Shown here: one piece after another, positions 32,178 through 45,003 of the stretch
Layout of the letters: the number at the start of each line of letters is the position of its first letter
How positions within the stretch are numbered: position 1 is the first letter of the stretch
Source of the DNA: Escherichia coli
GTDB taxonomy: Bacteria; Pseudomonadota; Gammaproteobacteria; Enterobacterales; Enterobacteriaceae
Reading direction: 5' to 3' (one strand)
Length of the DNA stretch: 64,000 nucleotides
NCBI RefSeq assembly: GCF_046105845.1
Contig: NZ_CP151004.1
Program-made: the position numbers and the translations under genes
Notes under the pieces: generated by a model
Database searches by the model: none
What the model was told of the DNA's origin: nothing
The model's input: the letters and a program-made list of their open reading frames with translations, nothing else

Positions 32178-33350
32178 ATGCGTCTGTTTTCTATTCCTCC
32201 ACCCACGCTACTGGCGGGGTTTCTGGCGGTATTAATTGGCTACGCCAGTTCAGCGGCAATAATCTGGCAAGCAGCGATTGTCGCCGGAGCCACCACTGCA
32301 CAAATCTCTGGCTGGATGACGGCGCTGGGGCTGGCAATGGGCGTCAGTACGCTGGCTCTGACATTATGGTATCGCGTACCTGTTCTCACCGCATGGTCAA
32401 CGCCTGGCGCGGCTTTGTTGGTCACCGGATTACAGGGACTAACACTTAACGAAGCCATCGGCGTTTTTATTGTCACCAACGCGTTAATAGTCCTCTGCGG
32501 CATAACGGGACTCTTTGCTCGTCTGATGCGCATTATTCCGCACTCGCTTGCGGCGGCAATGCTTGCCGGGATTTTATTACGCTTTGGTTTACAGGCGTTT
32601 GCCAGTCTGGATGGTCAATTTACGTTGTGTGGCAGTATGTTGCTGGTATGGCTGGCAACCAGGGCCGTTGCGCCGCGCTATGCGGTAATTGCCGCGATGA
32701 TTATTGGGATCGTGATCGTTATCGCGCAAGGTGACGTTGTCACAACTGATGTTGTCTTTAAACCCGTTCTCCCCACTTATATTACCCCTGATTTTTCGTT
32801 TGCTCACAGCCTGAGCGTTGCACTCCCCCTTTTTCTGGTGACGATGGCATCGCAAAACGCACCGGGTATCGCAGCAATGAAAGCAGCTGGATATTCGGCT
32901 CCTGTTTCGCCATTAATTGTATTTACTGGATTGCTGGCACTGGTTTTTTCCCCTTTCGGCGTTTATTCCGTCGGCATTGCGGCAATCACCGCGGCTATTT
33001 GCCAAAGCCCGGAAGCGCATCCGGATAAAGATCAACGTTGGCTGGCAGCTGCCGTTGCCGGCATTTTCTATTTGCTCGCAGGTTTGTTTGGTAGTGCCAT
33101 TACCGGGATGATGGCTGCCCTGCCCGTAAGTTGGATCCAGATGCTGGCAGGTCTGGCGCTGTTAAGTACCATTGGCGGCAGTTTGTATCAGGCGCTGCAT
33201 AATGAGCGTGAGCGAGACGCGGCGGTGGTGGCATTTCTGGTAACGGCAAGTGGATTGACGCTGGTCGGGATTGGTTCTGCGTTCTGGGGATTAATTGCCG
33301 GAGGCGTTTGTTACGTGGTGTTGAATTTAATCGCTCACAGAAACCGATAA
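32178..33350 (+). CDS. ydcO: BenE-family membrane transporter
   Basis: Track ORF 32121..33350; start at MRLFSIPPPTLLAG... gives 391 aa; polytopic membrane protein. Confidence 0.85.
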   Translation: MRLFSIPPPTLLAGFLAVLIGYASSAAIIWQAAIVAGATTAQISGWMTALGLAMGVSTLALTLWYRVPVLTAWSTPGAALLVTGLQGLTLNEAIGVFIVTNALIVLCGITGLFARLMRIIPHSLAAAMLAGILLRFGLQAFASLDGQFTLCGSMLLVWLATRAVAPRYAVIAAMIIGIVIVIAQGDVVTTDVVFKPVLPTYITPDFSFAHSLSVALPLFLVTMASQNAPGIAAMKAAGYSAPVSPLIVFTGLLALVFSPFGVYSVGIAAITAAICQSPEAHPDKDQRWLAAAVAGIFYLLAGLFGSAITGMMAALPVSWIQMLAGLALLSTIGGSLYQALHNERERDAAVVAFLVTASGLTLVGIGSAFWGLIAGGVCYVVLNLIAHRNR

Positions 33351-33384
33351 TAAAAAGCGCCATCTTACGATGGCGCGGCTGGAA

Positions 33385-34053
33385 TTACTTTTTGTTAACG
33401 TCAAACATAGTGGCATCGGTCGCCATGTCATCAATAACTTGTTTAATATTTTCGAAAGCCATTGGCGTACTTTCGTTATTCAGGTCTTTACCTTCGCCCT
33501 GACGAACGACTTTGATAACCGGTTTATTAGTCGCTGCATCAATCAGCTCACCTTCAAAATACAGGCGAGTATCCATGGTACGGTGGCCCGTCGCCATTTG
33601 CGTCCCCGCGACCACTAATGCGACAGGAACCACTTCATAGAATTGCAGCCCTTCTTTGCTGGTATCAACACCGGTAATGGCCCCACGGAAAATCAGACTA
33701 CGCGGCCCAGCGGTGGTAACCAGTGGTTTACGCTGCGCTATCGCTTCTTTCATTTCGGTGTTGGTATAGTTCAAAATTTTATCCAGAACTTTCTGCCCTA
33801 CCTGGGTAGAAGGTTTTGGCACCGGATAATAAGTGATTGGGTTCCAGACGATGCTGTCATATTTGCTTTGATCAAAACTCGGGTCTACCCAACGTAAAAC
33901 AGGTTTACCTGTTGCTGAGGTTGTTTCTTTTAAATCAGAGTAATTGTTTAAAAAACCAGAATATTTATCTGGCTGGGTGATTTTAGAGGCACAACCAGAC
34001 AGAGCCAACAAGCCGCATAAAGCTGCAACTTTCGCAAATGATGTGGTACGCAT
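33385..34053 (-). CDS. ydcL: lipoprotein, DUF3313
   Basis: 222-aa ORF with lipobox (LALSGC); convergent with ydcO, separated by about 35 bp containing a hairpin. Confidence 0.85.
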   Translation of the reverse strand: MRTTSFAKVAALCGLLALSGCASKITQPDKYSGFLNNYSDLKETTSATGKPVLRWVDPSFDQSKYDSIVWNPITYYPVPKPSTQVGQKVLDKILNYTNTEMKEAIAQRKPLVTTAGPRSLIFRGAITGVDTSKEGLQFYEVVPVALVVAGTQMATGHRTMDTRLYFEGELIDAATNKPVIKVVRQGEGKDLNNESTPMAFENIKQVIDDMATDATMFDVNKK

Positions 34054-34355
34054 GAATAGTTTCCTGAGATGATTATATTACTTTCTAAGTTATAGCAAAA
34101 AGCGCCGCTTCGTGTTGTGGCAAAAAAAGTGTTGGTGAAAATAAATTTTTTAGCCCCTTTTCAGACGACATAGTCAATGCCGAAAAAGGGGCTAAGTCAA
34201 TCATCAGTAGTTAAATTTCAGTAAGTTAAGCGGCTAAAAAACTTCGACTACTGTGATTAATTTCACATCCCTTCGATAAAAAATATGCTTACCGAAAAGA
34301 AGAACAGTAAACCATCTCAGCGTGGGGAATTTTCACGCGCTTTGTTCTTACCGGA

Positions 34356-34949
34356 TCATTTTTTACGTGCCAGCATCGTGGCGAAACGCAGTTTAATACG
34401 ATTACCGTTGGCGTCGGTGCGGTGCAGCTCGCCGACGTCTTCATTGTATTTCACCCTCTCCCAGCCTTCGTAATATCGACGTAATTCTCCCTCTTTGAAG
34501 GCAAACGGGAAGCCGACGGTACATGGATAATCAGCGGTATCCATCGCCGCCACAATCAGGTTGTAACCGCCAGGTTTCGTGCAACGTTGCATATTGGCAA
34601 TCAGCCCTGGGATGGTTTTAGCCTCAAGGAACATCAGCACCACAGTCGAAATAATAAAATCGTACTGTCCATCAAATGTGAGGTTATTCAGATCAACGAC
34701 CCGGGTGTGTAAATTATCCAGATTTTCAATGGACTTAATGCGCTCGACGTTGGCGATACTCATGGCATTTTTATCCCATGCGTCAACATCATAACCATTG
34801 GCTGCCAGGTAAAGACTGTTACGACCATTGCCACAGCCCAGATCCAGCGTTTTACCCGGTTTAACCACTTTCACCGCTTCCAGCACTTCAGAGTGTGTGC
34901 GGGTTAATTCATATTTATCAGTAAAATAGTTTTCATCACGAATGATCAT
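34356..34949 (-). CDS. tehB: tellurite resistance SAM-dependent methyltransferase
   Basis: 197-aa ORF with SAM-binding motif ([15 protein letters not shown]); overlaps tehA stop. Confidence 0.9.
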   Translation of the reverse strand: MIIRDENYFTDKYELTRTHSEVLEAVKVVKPGKTLDLGCGNGRNSLYLAANGYDVDAWDKNAMSIANVERIKSIENLDNLHTRVVDLNNLTFDGQYDFIISTVVLMFLEAKTIPGLIANMQRCTKPGGYNLIVAAMDTADYPCTVGFPFAFKEGELRRYYEGWERVKYNEDVGELHRTDANGNRIKLRFATMLARKK

Positions 34950-35938
34950 TCTTTGTCCTCTGCTTTCATTAAAACGGCGCGCTCGGTTCTGACTAACAAT
35001 TTTCCCTGCATCAGAAGCGCAAAAGTACGGATGAGCAGTATTGCAATAATAAAATTGGTAAAGATAAACAGCGGCACCGCCAGCGTATGGAAAAATCCAT
35101 TATCGCTGCCACTCCCCAGATGCAAACCGGTGGTTGCCAGTGCAGATACGCCGAACGAGAAACTCCAGAATGAAGCATTAAATGGCTGGGAGAGATACCA
35201 TGGCATCAGACGTAGCATAAACAGCAGTTGCAGCAGTCCATAACCGAAAAGCATTTTCGCCAGCGTGTCACCCTCGCCGCCGTTGACGCTCAGCCAGGCA
35301 CTACAGGCCACCAGCGCAGGAGCGAGCTGAATGCCGAGTGATGTCCGCAGCGCCGTGGGTAATTCTCCCGAACTGCGCAGACGCTGCAAGATCACCGGTT
35401 CAAGGCTTAGCCATGAGAAAACGCCTGCGCCTAAAAACACCAGACCGGCGTCGGTGTAGCCCAACGCACCACAGGCCATTGCGCTGATAAAGTTGTTGGC
35501 AACTGTCGGCAGATACAGTCCAGGCGTGGTAGCTTCTTCAGGATGAGATCCGCGCCATAATCCCGCAGTTTGCCAGGCGGCATAAGCCAACTGTACAACG
35601 ACACCAAAACTGAACAGGCATACCGCCAGTGGGCGAAACCACGGAACAAAACCAATCGCCACCAGCATCGTCGTTGCCGGAAACAAACTCACAAAACTGC
35701 TCAGCACTGGATGGCGAACTTCCGCCAGCACGCTATGCGGAAAGCGTATGAGTCGGGTAATAAATGCGCTAGTCAATAATCCCCAGATGATCATCGCCAG
35801 AATCACCAGCCCATCCCCTAACCAGTGGCTGACCTGCCAAACCTGGCTGGCATAGCGCCAGGCAAATCCCATCCCTATCGTCCCCAACACAATACCAAAG
35901 TAGCCTGCCGGCAAATTGAGCACTTTATCGCTCTGCAT
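34946..35938 (-). CDS. tehA: tellurite resistance / C4-dicarboxylate transporter family membrane protein
   Basis: Track ORF 34946..36046; start at internal [15 protein letters not shown]... gives 330 aa; 10-TM protein. Confidence 0.9.
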   Translation of the reverse strand: MQSDKVLNLPAGYFGIVLGTIGMGFAWRYASQVWQVSHWLGDGLVILAMIIWGLLTSAFITRLIRFPHSVLAEVRHPVLSSFVSLFPATTMLVAIGFVPWFRPLAVCLFSFGVVVQLAYAAWQTAGLWRGSHPEEATTPGLYLPTVANNFISAMACGALGYTDAGLVFLGAGVFSWLSLEPVILQRLRSSGELPTALRTSLGIQLAPALVACSAWLSVNGGEGDTLAKMLFGYGLLQLLFMLRLMPWYLSQPFNASFWSFSFGVSALATTGLHLGSGSDNGFFHTLAVPLFIFTNFIIAILLIRTFALLMQGKLLVRTERAVLMKAEDKE

Positions 35939-36061
35939 CTTCTTACTCATTTTGTTTAATTTATAAAGTATATTTGAAATGCATTTTATGGAATTTTCTC
36001 GAGCATAGCCAGAGCCGCAGAATTTGCTACGGTTATAGTAAGTCACCTGTGGGAAAACGCT

Positions 36062-37042
36062 ATGCGCAAATATCGTCTAAGTGAAGAACAGCGAGCCTTT
36101 AGTTATCAGGAAGATGGCACTAAAAAAAGTGTGTTATTACGGCAAATTATCGCCATTAGCGATTTTAACGATGTGATAGCAGGAACCGCTGGCGGCTGGA
36201 TCGATCGCGAAACGGTGTTAGCACAGGAAGGAAATTGCTGGATTTACGACCAGAATGCTATTGCGTTCGGCGGAACGGTGATATCCGGGAATACGCGTAT
36301 CACCGGCACCAGCGTGCTGTGGGGAGAGGTTTACGCAACGGATAATGTCTGGATCGATAATAGTGAAATCAGCCAGGGTGCATATATAAGTGACAGTGTC
36401 ACCATTAGTGACTCATTAGTTTGCGGTCAATGTAGAATATTTGGTCACGCCTTAATTGATCAACATTCTATGATCGTCGCCGCACAAGGCTTAACGCCCG
36501 ACCATCAACTCCTGCTACAAATTTATGATCGCGCGAGGGTTAGCGCCTCGCGTATTGTCCACCAGGCACAAATTTATGGCGATGCCGTCGTCCGGTATGC
36601 TTTTATTGAACATCGCGCCGAAGTTTTTGATTTTGCCAGTATTGAAGGTAATGAAGAGAACAACGTCTGGCTATGCGATTGCGCTAAAGTTTACGGTCAC
36701 GCGCAGGTGAAAGCTGGCATAGAAGAAGATGCCATTCCGACGATTCATTACAGTTCACAGGTGGCGGAATATGCCATTGTGGAAGGTAATTGTGTGTTAA
36801 AACATCATGTCTTGATTGGCGGAAATGCCGTGGTATGTGGCGGACCGATTCTGCTCGACGAGCACGTTGTCATACAAGGTGAGAGCCGTATTACAGGTGC
36901 GGTGATAATTGAAAACCATGTGGAGTTAACCGACCACGCCGTCGTTGAAGCCTTTGATGGCGACACGGTTCATGTCCGTGGCCCAAAAGTCATTAACGGC
37001 GAGGAGCGCATTACGCGAACGCCGCTGGCAGGGTTATTGTGA
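36062..37042 (+). CDS. ydcK: uncharacterized left-handed beta-helix (hexapeptide-repeat-like) protein
   Basis: 326-aa ORF with many repeated I/V-x-G-x-x-x-I motifs; 3' end overlaps convergent rimL by about 9 nt. Confidence 0.8.
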   Translation: MRKYRLSEEQRAFSYQEDGTKKSVLLRQIIAISDFNDVIAGTAGGWIDRETVLAQEGNCWIYDQNAIAFGGTVISGNTRITGTSVLWGEVYATDNVWIDNSEISQGAYISDSVTISDSLVCGQCRIFGHALIDQHSMIVAAQGLTPDHQLLLQIYDRARVSASRIVHQAQIYGDAVVRYAFIEHRAEVFDFASIEGNEENNVWLCDCAKVYGHAQVKAGIEEDAIPTIHYSSQVAEYAIVEGNCVLKHHVLIGGNAVVCGGPILLDEHVVIQGESRITGAVIIENHVELTDHAVVEAFDGDTVHVRGPKVINGEERITRTPLAGLL

Positions 37043-37573
37043 ATCGATAATACGCGCGTATAAGTTCACATCATCATAGGCATCATTCAGGAACTCAGCC
37101 TGTTTCAGACAACCTTCAAGGATAAAACCATTGCGCAAAGCGACTTGGTTGCTTTGCGCATTGTCCACCCGACATTTGATCACGAAGCGTCTAAGTTCAC
37201 CAGACTGAGCGTAATGATGAATCAATGCCTTCAGCGCCTGAGAAATGATCCCCTGCCCCTGATGAGATTCGTCCAGCCAGTAGCCGATTTCAGCGGTTTT
37301 ATTCAGTGGTTCAATACGATTAAACGAGATAACGCCGATAAGTTCATCTTCTTTGAAAATCATGAACATTTTGGCATAGCCGCGTTGATGCAACATCACA
37401 TTACCCTGCACCGTTTTTCGCGTGTCCTCTTCACTCTGAACAAACTGCGGCCAGTTTAGCGACTGCTGTAACCAGGTTTTATTTTTACAGATTAACTGAT
37501 AAAGAGGTATGACATGACTTTCTGCAACAGCATGTAATTCAAGTGATTCACTTACTTTTATCGTTTCAGTCAT
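37034..37573 (-). CDS. rimL: ribosomal protein L7/L12 serine N-acetyltransferase (GNAT)
   Basis: Track ORF 37034..37588; start at [14 protein letters not shown]... gives 179 aa; GNAT motif ([10 protein letters not shown]). Confidence 0.85.
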   Translation of the reverse strand: MTETIKVSESLELHAVAESHVIPLYQLICKNKTWLQQSLNWPQFVQSEEDTRKTVQGNVMLHQRGYAKMFMIFKEDELIGVISFNRIEPLNKTAEIGYWLDESHQGQGIISQALKALIHHYAQSGELRRFVIKCRVDNAQSNQVALRNGFILEGCLKQAEFLNDAYDDVNLYARIIDSQ

Positions 37574-37635
37574 CTTATCTCCAGTCAATCCATGCAGTTG
37601 TTAAAAAAGCCGCCTGGTTGGCGGCTTAGGAAAGT

Positions 37636-37860
37636 TTACACCTCTTTGACGCTCTCCTGCTGCAGGATTTTGAGCATCTCATCTTTTAACTGTAACTTTT
37701 GTTTTTTCATGCGGACCACTTCCGCATTGTACCCTCGACCGTCGGAACCTTCCTTTCTGGCAATTTCATGATCAAGTTTATTGTGTTTATCGAACAAGGA
37801 CATAAAGCGAGGATTTTCGTTTTTCAGACGGGATATTAAATCTCGGTATTCTGGAAACAT
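37636..37860 (-). CDS. ydcH: small DUF465-family protein
   Basis: About 74-aa ORF (MFPEYRDLISRLKNENPRF...), coiled-coil-like. Confidence 0.75.
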   Translation of the reverse strand: MFPEYRDLISRLKNENPRFMSLFDKHNKLDHEIARKEGSDGRGYNAEVVRMKKQKLQLKDEMLKILQQESVKEV

Positions 37861-37999
37861 ACGCACTCCCTGTTAGTGGCTGACAAGGTGTATCTGAAAT
37901 ACACACTATCAGATTACTCATTTAACTTAGGGAAAAATGCGAGCGGGATCGTGTTTAACCAGACGGCACCTCCCGAAGAAGGTGCCGAAGAAAAAACGA

Positions 38000-39655
38000 T
38001 TAACTCATCACGCGGTCGTCAACATACTGACGTTTATCCGGCGCTGGCGGGAAATACTGATACAGCCATGTTTCACTGATAGCGTCGCCCTGACAACGCA
38101 GATACATCCGCATATCGACCGGATCAGTGGAGTCCGAAGTCGGATACCAGTCAAACTGAATACGATAACCATCAATGGGTTCAATATAGAGAATTTCGAT
38201 TTGCTTCGCTTCCCCACTGGAAAGCGTAATCACCGGCTCAATGCCTTTTGGTGCGGCAGCTTTCAGATCACCACCAACGAAATCGACGGCAAAACGACGC
38301 GCCCATTTTTCGGGATAGTGTTCACCTGGCGCCCAACCTTCCGGGAAACCGCCCATGCCGGTACGCGTCGCCATAACGCGCGCTAATGGGCAATGAACAG
38401 GCGGTTGCCCACTCCAGTACAGACGATACTGGAATGCAAACTCATCACCCGCTTTTACAGCTTTTTCTGGCTGCCAGAAGCAGACAATGTTATCCAGCGT
38501 TTCGCCCGTTGTTGGGATTTCCATCAGGCCGATGGTGCCCTTACCCCACTTGTTACGCGGTTCCACCCACAGACTTGGGCGTTTGTTATACCAGCCCATA
38601 ATGTCCTGATAATGAGAGAAATCACGATCCAGTTGCAATAAACCAAACCCTTTCGGGTTGTTGTCGGTGTAAGCATTGAACTGCAATTTTTGCGGATTGT
38701 TCAGCGGACGGCAAATCCACTCGCCGTTGCCCCGCCACATGGACAGACGATCAGAGTCATGGATTTGCGGATGAATGGTGTCGCACATCCGACGTTCATT
38801 AGTACCGCAGCTGAACATGCTGGTCATCGGCGCAATGCCCAGCTGTTTAATGTCTTTGCGCGCATACAGGTGATTTTCCACATCCATAATCACCTGACTT
38901 TTCTCACAATGGATAGTGAACTTATAGGCACCAGTAATGCTGGCGCTATCGAGCAACGCATAAACGGTAAAGGTGGTTGCCCCCGGTTTTACCGTATCAA
39001 ACCAGAAGGCGGTAAAGTCGGGGAATTCTTCTTTACTGTCGGTGTAAGTGTCGATCGCCAGGCCGCGAGCCGATAGACCGTATTGATATGTATCATCAAC
39101 CGCGCGGAAATAACTCGCGCCGAGGAATGATACGACATCACGGCGCGCCAGTTCGGGGGCTTTAAACACGCGAAAACCGGCAAAACCGAGATCACTTTGC
39201 CCTTCTAATTGTTTGGTATCAACACCCGCATCGTTGTATTTGAACAACTCCGGGCGAAAGTGAATTTCACGCGCCAGATGTGTTGCGGGATCAACAGAAA
39301 ACATACGAACGCGGCGACGGAATCCCATTCCCATATGGAAGAACTGAGCGTCCAGTTGACGGTTCTCAACGTTATGCCAGAGCGATTTTTCGGCGTCGTA
39401 TTGAATACTGTTATAAGCCTGCGGCGTCATTGTCGCCAGAGTGTCAGGTAACGGACGCGGCGCACCACGCCACGCGGTTTGCGCTAAGTCGTGCGCCATT
39501 GACTGTAGAATGGAGAAGTCAAAACGCTGGGTTTGCCCGTCGGCAATATCAGAATCTGCCGCGAATGCCGCCTGAGAAAAAAGAGAAGCAATGCCGCTGG
39601 TACCGCACACGGCGGCCATAGCCATTGAACCTTTAATAAATCGTCTACGATCCAT
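38000..39655 (-). CDS. opgD: osmoregulated periplasmic glucans biosynthesis protein D
   Basis: 551-aa ORF with twin-arginine signal ([18 protein letters not shown]...AFA); MdoG/MdoD family. Confidence 0.9.
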   Translation of the reverse strand: MDRRRFIKGSMAMAAVCGTSGIASLFSQAAFAADSDIADGQTQRFDFSILQSMAHDLAQTAWRGAPRPLPDTLATMTPQAYNSIQYDAEKSLWHNVENRQLDAQFFHMGMGFRRRVRMFSVDPATHLAREIHFRPELFKYNDAGVDTKQLEGQSDLGFAGFRVFKAPELARRDVVSFLGASYFRAVDDTYQYGLSARGLAIDTYTDSKEEFPDFTAFWFDTVKPGATTFTVYALLDSASITGAYKFTIHCEKSQVIMDVENHLYARKDIKQLGIAPMTSMFSCGTNERRMCDTIHPQIHDSDRLSMWRGNGEWICRPLNNPQKLQFNAYTDNNPKGFGLLQLDRDFSHYQDIMGWYNKRPSLWVEPRNKWGKGTIGLMEIPTTGETLDNIVCFWQPEKAVKAGDEFAFQYRLYWSGQPPVHCPLARVMATRTGMGGFPEGWAPGEHYPEKWARRFAVDFVGGDLKAAAPKGIEPVITLSSGEAKQIEILYIEPIDGYRIQFDWYPTSDSTDPVDMRMYLRCQGDAISETWLYQYFPPAPDKRQYVDDRVMS

Positions 39656-39879
39656 ACCTGAAAGTGAGTCCTTCTGGTGTTGTGAATGGTCCCGCGCTGG
39701 TCGTTTTCAGCGGCAAGAAAGTGCTTATTTATGACCGCTCACTCTAGACAATATTTATTAATAATCCAATTGTTGAACTGAGAGAATATGCATAAATCGG
39801 CAATTTTTTTATGTCGATGGGATGAGCCTGATTCGTTTGTAAAATCAGGCAAATTTTTGCAAAGGCGGATGGTCAGAAT

Positions 39880-41223
39880 TTAAAGCAAACCACAGCGACG
39901 TTTACTGCGTTCTTCCGCTTCCTGATAAAGCTGGAACTCATCCATAACCGGGCAGCCCAACGCCTGCTCAAATGCTTCGCGACTGGCATTACCGTGACTG
40001 CGTGCCTGCGTTTCATTACCCAGATTTGACTGGAAGATCCCCGCCGCGCTAACAGGCAAGAAATCTTCATAGGTAATGGGTTGCGCCACTACCCAACCAC
40101 GTTCAATTAAGGGCTGTGGATCGTCTCCGGGATGAATCGCCTGACGATGCGCCTCACCCGAAGGCGTCAGACGGTACCGGAACCATGCCAGCCCTTGCTG
40201 ACGCATTAAAAACTCACTATCAGGAAAAGCGCGGAAGGTTTCCTGTAAATGCATTTGGTGAGTGAGATTATCCTGCCCGGTTCCAGCGTTCCGCAGTAGA
40301 TCATCATACAGTTGTCGTCCTTTCGGCGTTAATGCCACGCCACGCTGCTCTATTTCACCAAAGCGCGCGGTATGCGTGCCCTGTTTCTGCCCTGCAAACA
40401 ACACCGTCTCTTCCAGTGCTTTAAAGCTGGTCTGGCGTAGTAAAATCGGTACCTCGCGGCGCGGCGGCCCTTCGATCAGAATTTTGGGTTCAATCCCGCA
40501 TTCAGGCATCATCGACTGCACCCGGTCAATATCCAGCGTACGTGGCGTCAGGTGGTTGATATGGCATCCAGGAAAACAGACCACATCAGCAATCAACCGA
40601 TGTTCGTTGTGCAAGGCGCGATAGGTTTCTTCATCTACCGTTGCTGACTGGTGCCAACGAAACGTTTCCAGGGCTTCCTGCACAAACTCCTGTGCCTGTG
40701 TTTCGTTAAAACCGCCCCGCTGCTCATATTCCTCTAACAGTTGTCGACAACGTGGGGTGAAGATATCGCGCTGACGCAGAATCTCCGCCGCTTTCTGGCG
40801 CAAAATTTCGTTCTCGATAAGCTCAAGGCGGAGTAATGAAGTAAAAACGCGGAAGGGATTACGCGCCAGAGAAGCATCATCAATGGGCCGAAATGCTGTC
40901 GAATGTACCGGCACCCCCGCCTGCGAGAGATCGTAATAGCTCACCGGGTACATCCCCATAATGGCAAACATCCGCCGAAGAGTAGCAAGCTCTTGTGCAG
41001 TCCCAACACGAATCGCCCCATGACGTTCAACATTCAGTCGCGCCAGCTCGTCTGCATTTACCATTTTTTCGTGCAGTTGAGGATTGTTTTCCAGCACAGC
41101 CAGATTCACATCAGCTACCAGTTCCAGCAGCGTGCCGTACTGCGGAACTTCTTGCTGGTACATGGCTGACATTGCCTGCGAAAACTGTTCCCGAATCTCA
41201 TCCGCCGTGATGCTGTTCGCCAT
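39880..41223 (-). CDS. ydcJ: DUF1338-family protein (putative metalloenzyme)
   Basis: 447-aa ORF in conserved position between opgD and ydcI. Confidence 0.8.
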   Translation of the reverse strand: MANSITADEIREQFSQAMSAMYQQEVPQYGTLLELVADVNLAVLENNPQLHEKMVNADELARLNVERHGAIRVGTAQELATLRRMFAIMGMYPVSYYDLSQAGVPVHSTAFRPIDDASLARNPFRVFTSLLRLELIENEILRQKAAEILRQRDIFTPRCRQLLEEYEQRGGFNETQAQEFVQEALETFRWHQSATVDEETYRALHNEHRLIADVVCFPGCHINHLTPRTLDIDRVQSMMPECGIEPKILIEGPPRREVPILLRQTSFKALEETVLFAGQKQGTHTARFGEIEQRGVALTPKGRQLYDDLLRNAGTGQDNLTHQMHLQETFRAFPDSEFLMRQQGLAWFRYRLTPSGEAHRQAIHPGDDPQPLIERGWVVAQPITYEDFLPVSAAGIFQSNLGNETQARSHGNASREAFEQALGCPVMDEFQLYQEAEERSKRRCGLL

Positions 41224-41439
41224 AGTATCTGCCTCCAGTGGTCAGTAATCTGGAGTGTAGGTAACCGCATTCACTCCGGCGGGAAGAATTTACAAACTGT
41301 GATCTCGCCGCGAAAACATCAATATTATCCATTTTGCTGTAACATAATTGCTTTAATTGTTAATAATATTTTGCAATCAAGTTATCATAATCAAACAACT
41401 TCACTTGTCAGCGACACCGCTTCGTTTTTAACATCGCTT

Positions 41440-42363
41440 ATGGAAAAAAATAGTCTGTTTAGTCAGCGCATCCGTTTGCGCCACCTTCATACATTCGTAG
41501 CTGTCGCACAACAAGGAACTTTGGGGCGCGCGGCTGAAACCCTTAATTTGAGTCAACCTGCGCTCTCTAAGACATTGAATGAACTGGAGCAACTGACGGG
41601 CGCTCGCTTGTTTGAGCGTGGTCGTCAGGGGGCGCAACTTACCTTACCCGGCGAACAATTTTTAACGCATGCAGTCAGAGTTCTTGACGCCATCAACACT
41701 GCCGGACAGTCGCTTCATCGTAAAGAAGGTCTTAATAATGATGTCGTCAGGGTTGGTGCACTACCTACTGCGGCACTGGGGATATTACCTTCGGTTATAG
41801 GTCAGTTTCATCAGCAACAAAAAGAGACGACCTTGCAAGTTGCAACAATGAGTAACCCTATGATTCTGGCAGGTTTAAAAACCGGGGAAATCGATATCGG
41901 CATTGGTCGGATGTCAGATCCTGAACTGATGACCGGGCTTAATTACGAACTGCTGTTTCTTGAATCGCTGAAGCTGGTTGTCCGCCCTAATCACCCGCTA
42001 CTTCAGGAGAACGTAACGCTAAGCCGGGTGCTGGAATGGCCGGTTGTTGTATCACCAGAAGGCACTGCGCCACGCCAGCATTCAGATGCATTAGTGCAGA
42101 GCCAGGGCTGTAAAATTCCTTCGGGCTGTATCGAAACACTGTCTGCTTCTCTATCTCGTCAACTTACGGTTGAATACGACTACGTGTGGTTTGTCCCTTC
42201 TGGCGCTGTAAAAGACGACCTGCGTCATGCCACGCTGGTGGCCCTACCTGTTCCGGGTCATGGTGCAGGCGAACCGATTGGAATACTGACCCGCGTAGAT
42301 GCGACGTTCTCTTCTGGTTGCCAGTTGATGATTAACGCTATTCGAAAATCAATGCCGTTCTGA
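41440..42363 (+). CDS. ydcI: LysR-family transcriptional regulator
   Basis: Track ORF 41299..42363; start at MEKNSLFSQRIRLRHLHTFVAV... gives 307 aa; N-terminal LysR HTH (LSQPALSKTLNELE). Confidence 0.85.
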   Translation: MEKNSLFSQRIRLRHLHTFVAVAQQGTLGRAAETLNLSQPALSKTLNELEQLTGARLFERGRQGAQLTLPGEQFLTHAVRVLDAINTAGQSLHRKEGLNNDVVRVGALPTAALGILPSVIGQFHQQQKETTLQVATMSNPMILAGLKTGEIDIGIGRMSDPELMTGLNYELLFLESLKLVVRPNHPLLQENVTLSRVLEWPVVVSPEGTAPRQHSDALVQSQGCKIPSGCIETLSASLSRQLTVEYDYVWFVPSGAVKDDLRHATLVALPVPGHGAGEPIGILTRVDATFSSGCQLMINAIRKSMPF

Positions 42364-42400
42364 AAGGTGAAGGGATCTGTCGATCCCTCCTTAAACATTT

Positions 42401-44041
42401 TCACACTGTAGCGAAACTAACTGGTTCACCAGCTCCGCGAGGTACTGCCGACACGGAATGTTTGTTCAGACGAAATACGTCCACCGCCTCAGCTAATCGT
42501 GCCGCCTGTTCTTCAAGGGACACCGCCGCCGCTGAGGCCTCTTCTACCAGAGAAGCATTCTGTTGCGTCACCTTATCCATTTCAGAAATCGCCTGGCTAA
42601 CCTGCGTTATGCCCCTACTTTGCTCATCCGAGGCGGCGGCAATTTCCTGCATGATATGTGTGACACTCGCGACGGCATCAACAATAGTGCTCATGGTTTT
42701 CCCGGCCGTGGCCACCTCATCCGATCCCAGGTCAATTAACCTGACTGATTCACTGATCAAGCCTTCAATCTCTTTCGCCGCCTGAGCGCTGCGGCTTGCG
42801 AGTGTCCGTACTTCGCTGGCGACAACGGCAAATCCACGCCCTTGCTCACCCGCTCGCGCGGCTTCAACGGCAGCATTCAGTGCCAGAATATTCGTCTGGA
42901 AAGCAATACTGTTGATGACGGCGGTGATCTCAGAAATTTTCTTCGAACTCGTGGAGATAGCGCCCATCGTTTTTACTACACCGGAAACCGTCTGCCCGCC
43001 ATTGCAGGCTTTAATAGAAGCCTCTTGCGCCAGTTTGCTGGCATGATGCGCGTTATCTGCATTCTGTTTCACCGTCGCAGTAAGTTGCTCCATGCTGGCG
43101 GCAGTTTGTTCGATAGCCGCCGCTTGTTCTTCGGTGCGAGATGACAGGTCCGCATTGCCAGCTGAAATTTCGCTGGTGCCACGATAAATCTCTTCCGCAC
43201 CCTGTCGAACAGTCCCTACTGTCATCCCCAGTGAATGCTGCATTTGCTGTAAATGACGACTTAAGCGACCGATTTCATTACGACCTGCCGGATCATCATT
43301 CATCGTCAGATCGCCACTGGCGATTTTTTCAATCCGTTGTGCGGCATGTTGCAGTGGACGAATGACAATCCGACGTAGCACCATAAATGTTATCAGTGTC
43401 ATGACCAGGGCAAGCACAAACGCGCCAATCATGAACATCCCACCCAGGCGGGTGCGCTGATGGGCCAGTTCCGCCAGTTGGTTGGCTCTGGTGCTACGTA
43501 TCTTAACGGCTTTGCTCAAAATATCGGTATAAGCATTATCCAGCGGTCGGATCTGCTCACTTTCATGATTGATAATCGCTTCAAACATGCCATTTTTGGC
43601 ATATTTCAACATCGGTTGCATACCCGTGATATAAGCCTGGAAGCGTTGATTTAATTCAGTGTCGAGGGCTTCATCAGCAGGTGTTTTCACCGACCGATTC
43701 TGATAAGCACGATACCCTTGCTGCGACTGTTTAATCTCCGATTCGGCTTGCGCAATATTTCGCTTCATTGCTTCCATTTCCGCAATACGACTCGCTGCCC
43801 CGGCCTGAATCATATTGACCCGGGCTGAACGCAAAAAATCTGAACTGTTCGCTAACCCGGTCCGAATCTCAATTTCCGCAGTAACATCCCGCTGATCGCG
43901 ATCGGCCTGCCAGAGGAAATAGCCAGCCAGAGCTGAACTTAATGCGAATAGAACTAAGATACCGCCAAGAATGCAGGCAAATAACGGAACCAGCCTGATG
44001 TGATGCAAAAAACCTAATCGCTGTGAGGGAGTTGTATTCAT
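42401..44041 (-). CDS. trg: methyl-accepting chemotaxis protein III (ribose/galactose sensor)
   Basis: 546-aa ORF: two TM segments, periplasmic domain, HAMP, conserved MCP signalling domain and methylation sites. Confidence 0.9.
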   Translation of the reverse strand: MNTTPSQRLGFLHHIRLVPLFACILGGILVLFALSSALAGYFLWQADRDQRDVTAEIEIRTGLANSSDFLRSARVNMIQAGAASRIAEMEAMKRNIAQAESEIKQSQQGYRAYQNRSVKTPADEALDTELNQRFQAYITGMQPMLKYAKNGMFEAIINHESEQIRPLDNAYTDILSKAVKIRSTRANQLAELAHQRTRLGGMFMIGAFVLALVMTLITFMVLRRIVIRPLQHAAQRIEKIASGDLTMNDDPAGRNEIGRLSRHLQQMQHSLGMTVGTVRQGAEEIYRGTSEISAGNADLSSRTEEQAAAIEQTAASMEQLTATVKQNADNAHHASKLAQEASIKACNGGQTVSGVVKTMGAISTSSKKISEITAVINSIAFQTNILALNAAVEAARAGEQGRGFAVVASEVRTLASRSAQAAKEIEGLISESVRLIDLGSDEVATAGKTMSTIVDAVASVTHIMQEIAAASDEQSRGITQVSQAISEMDKVTQQNASLVEEASAAAVSLEEQAARLAEAVDVFRLNKHSVSAVPRGAGEPVSFATV

Positions 44042-44329
44042 TACCGTTGTCTCTCTTCCAGGTTTACTCCTGATAGAAAGTCATCGGCACTTGACGGTAA
44101 TTTCTTACGACCAAAAACCTCTTTGCGTCACATTTTTACAACAATTATGGCAGAGAAGATTAATGCCATTGGAATGAAGAGAGTAACGAATGATTAAACT
44201 GGCTAAACCGAATGACGAAAAATTCTGGAAAACAGCACGCAATTTCGTCAGGTGATTATTTTCGTCCCTAAGGAAACCACATAGGATGCTCACGGGTGCC
44301 TGAGACTTTCTGTTTTCAGGCTAACCGGG

Positions 44330-44381
44330 AATCAGAAAGACGAAGGCCCCGACCGATATTTCTATCAACCGAGGCCAACGA

Positions 44382-44400
<19 letters not shown>
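44330..44400 (-). ncRNA. sokB: predicted Sok-type antisense RNA against the mokB/hokB leader (coordinates approximate)
   Basis: Inferred from hok/sok locus architecture: the antisense regulator overlaps the mok translation-initiation region (mokB ATG at 44382). Not verified at nucleotide level. Confidence 0.3.
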
Positions 44401-44589
<189 letters not shown>

Positions 44590-44653
44590 GGGCAAGCGCG
44601 GGGATTTTCCCCGCGCATCTGACTAGCGGATTCATTTTCTCATGGCACCCCTT

Positions 44654-44833
44654 TTACACTTCAGTAGTGCATGTTTTTTTCGATGCACTAATAGAACCAT
44701 CATTACAGACAAATTTGCCGCCTGCCGTACAGTGTGAGATCCCCCCTTTAGAACCAGAACAGGGTTTGCGCCCGGCATCGGCATAAAAGGAAACAAGCGC
44801 TCCCATAACCAAGATAAGTGCCAGTTTTTTCAT
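44654..44833 (-). CDS. ydcA: small secreted Cys-rich protein
   Basis: 59-aa [62 protein letters not shown]; signal peptide plus 4 Cys; SD (ggaggt) upstream. Below the track length cut-off, so hand-called. Confidence 0.65.
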   Translation of the reverse strand: MKKLALILVMGALVSFYADAGRKPCSGSKGGISHCTAGGKFVCNDGSISASKKTCTTEV

Positions 44834-45003
44834 ATAACCTCCATGGTTTATCGAATCTTATGTTCGATTTGAACGTTATACGCTGGTTTATTTTGATACC
44901 GTTGATGAGATCAAAGATCGGGTGAATTGATTAAAGATAAGCCAGATGGACGTATGGACCAGGATTATGGTTTTATTTGTCATACAAATAAATATAATAG
45001 GCG

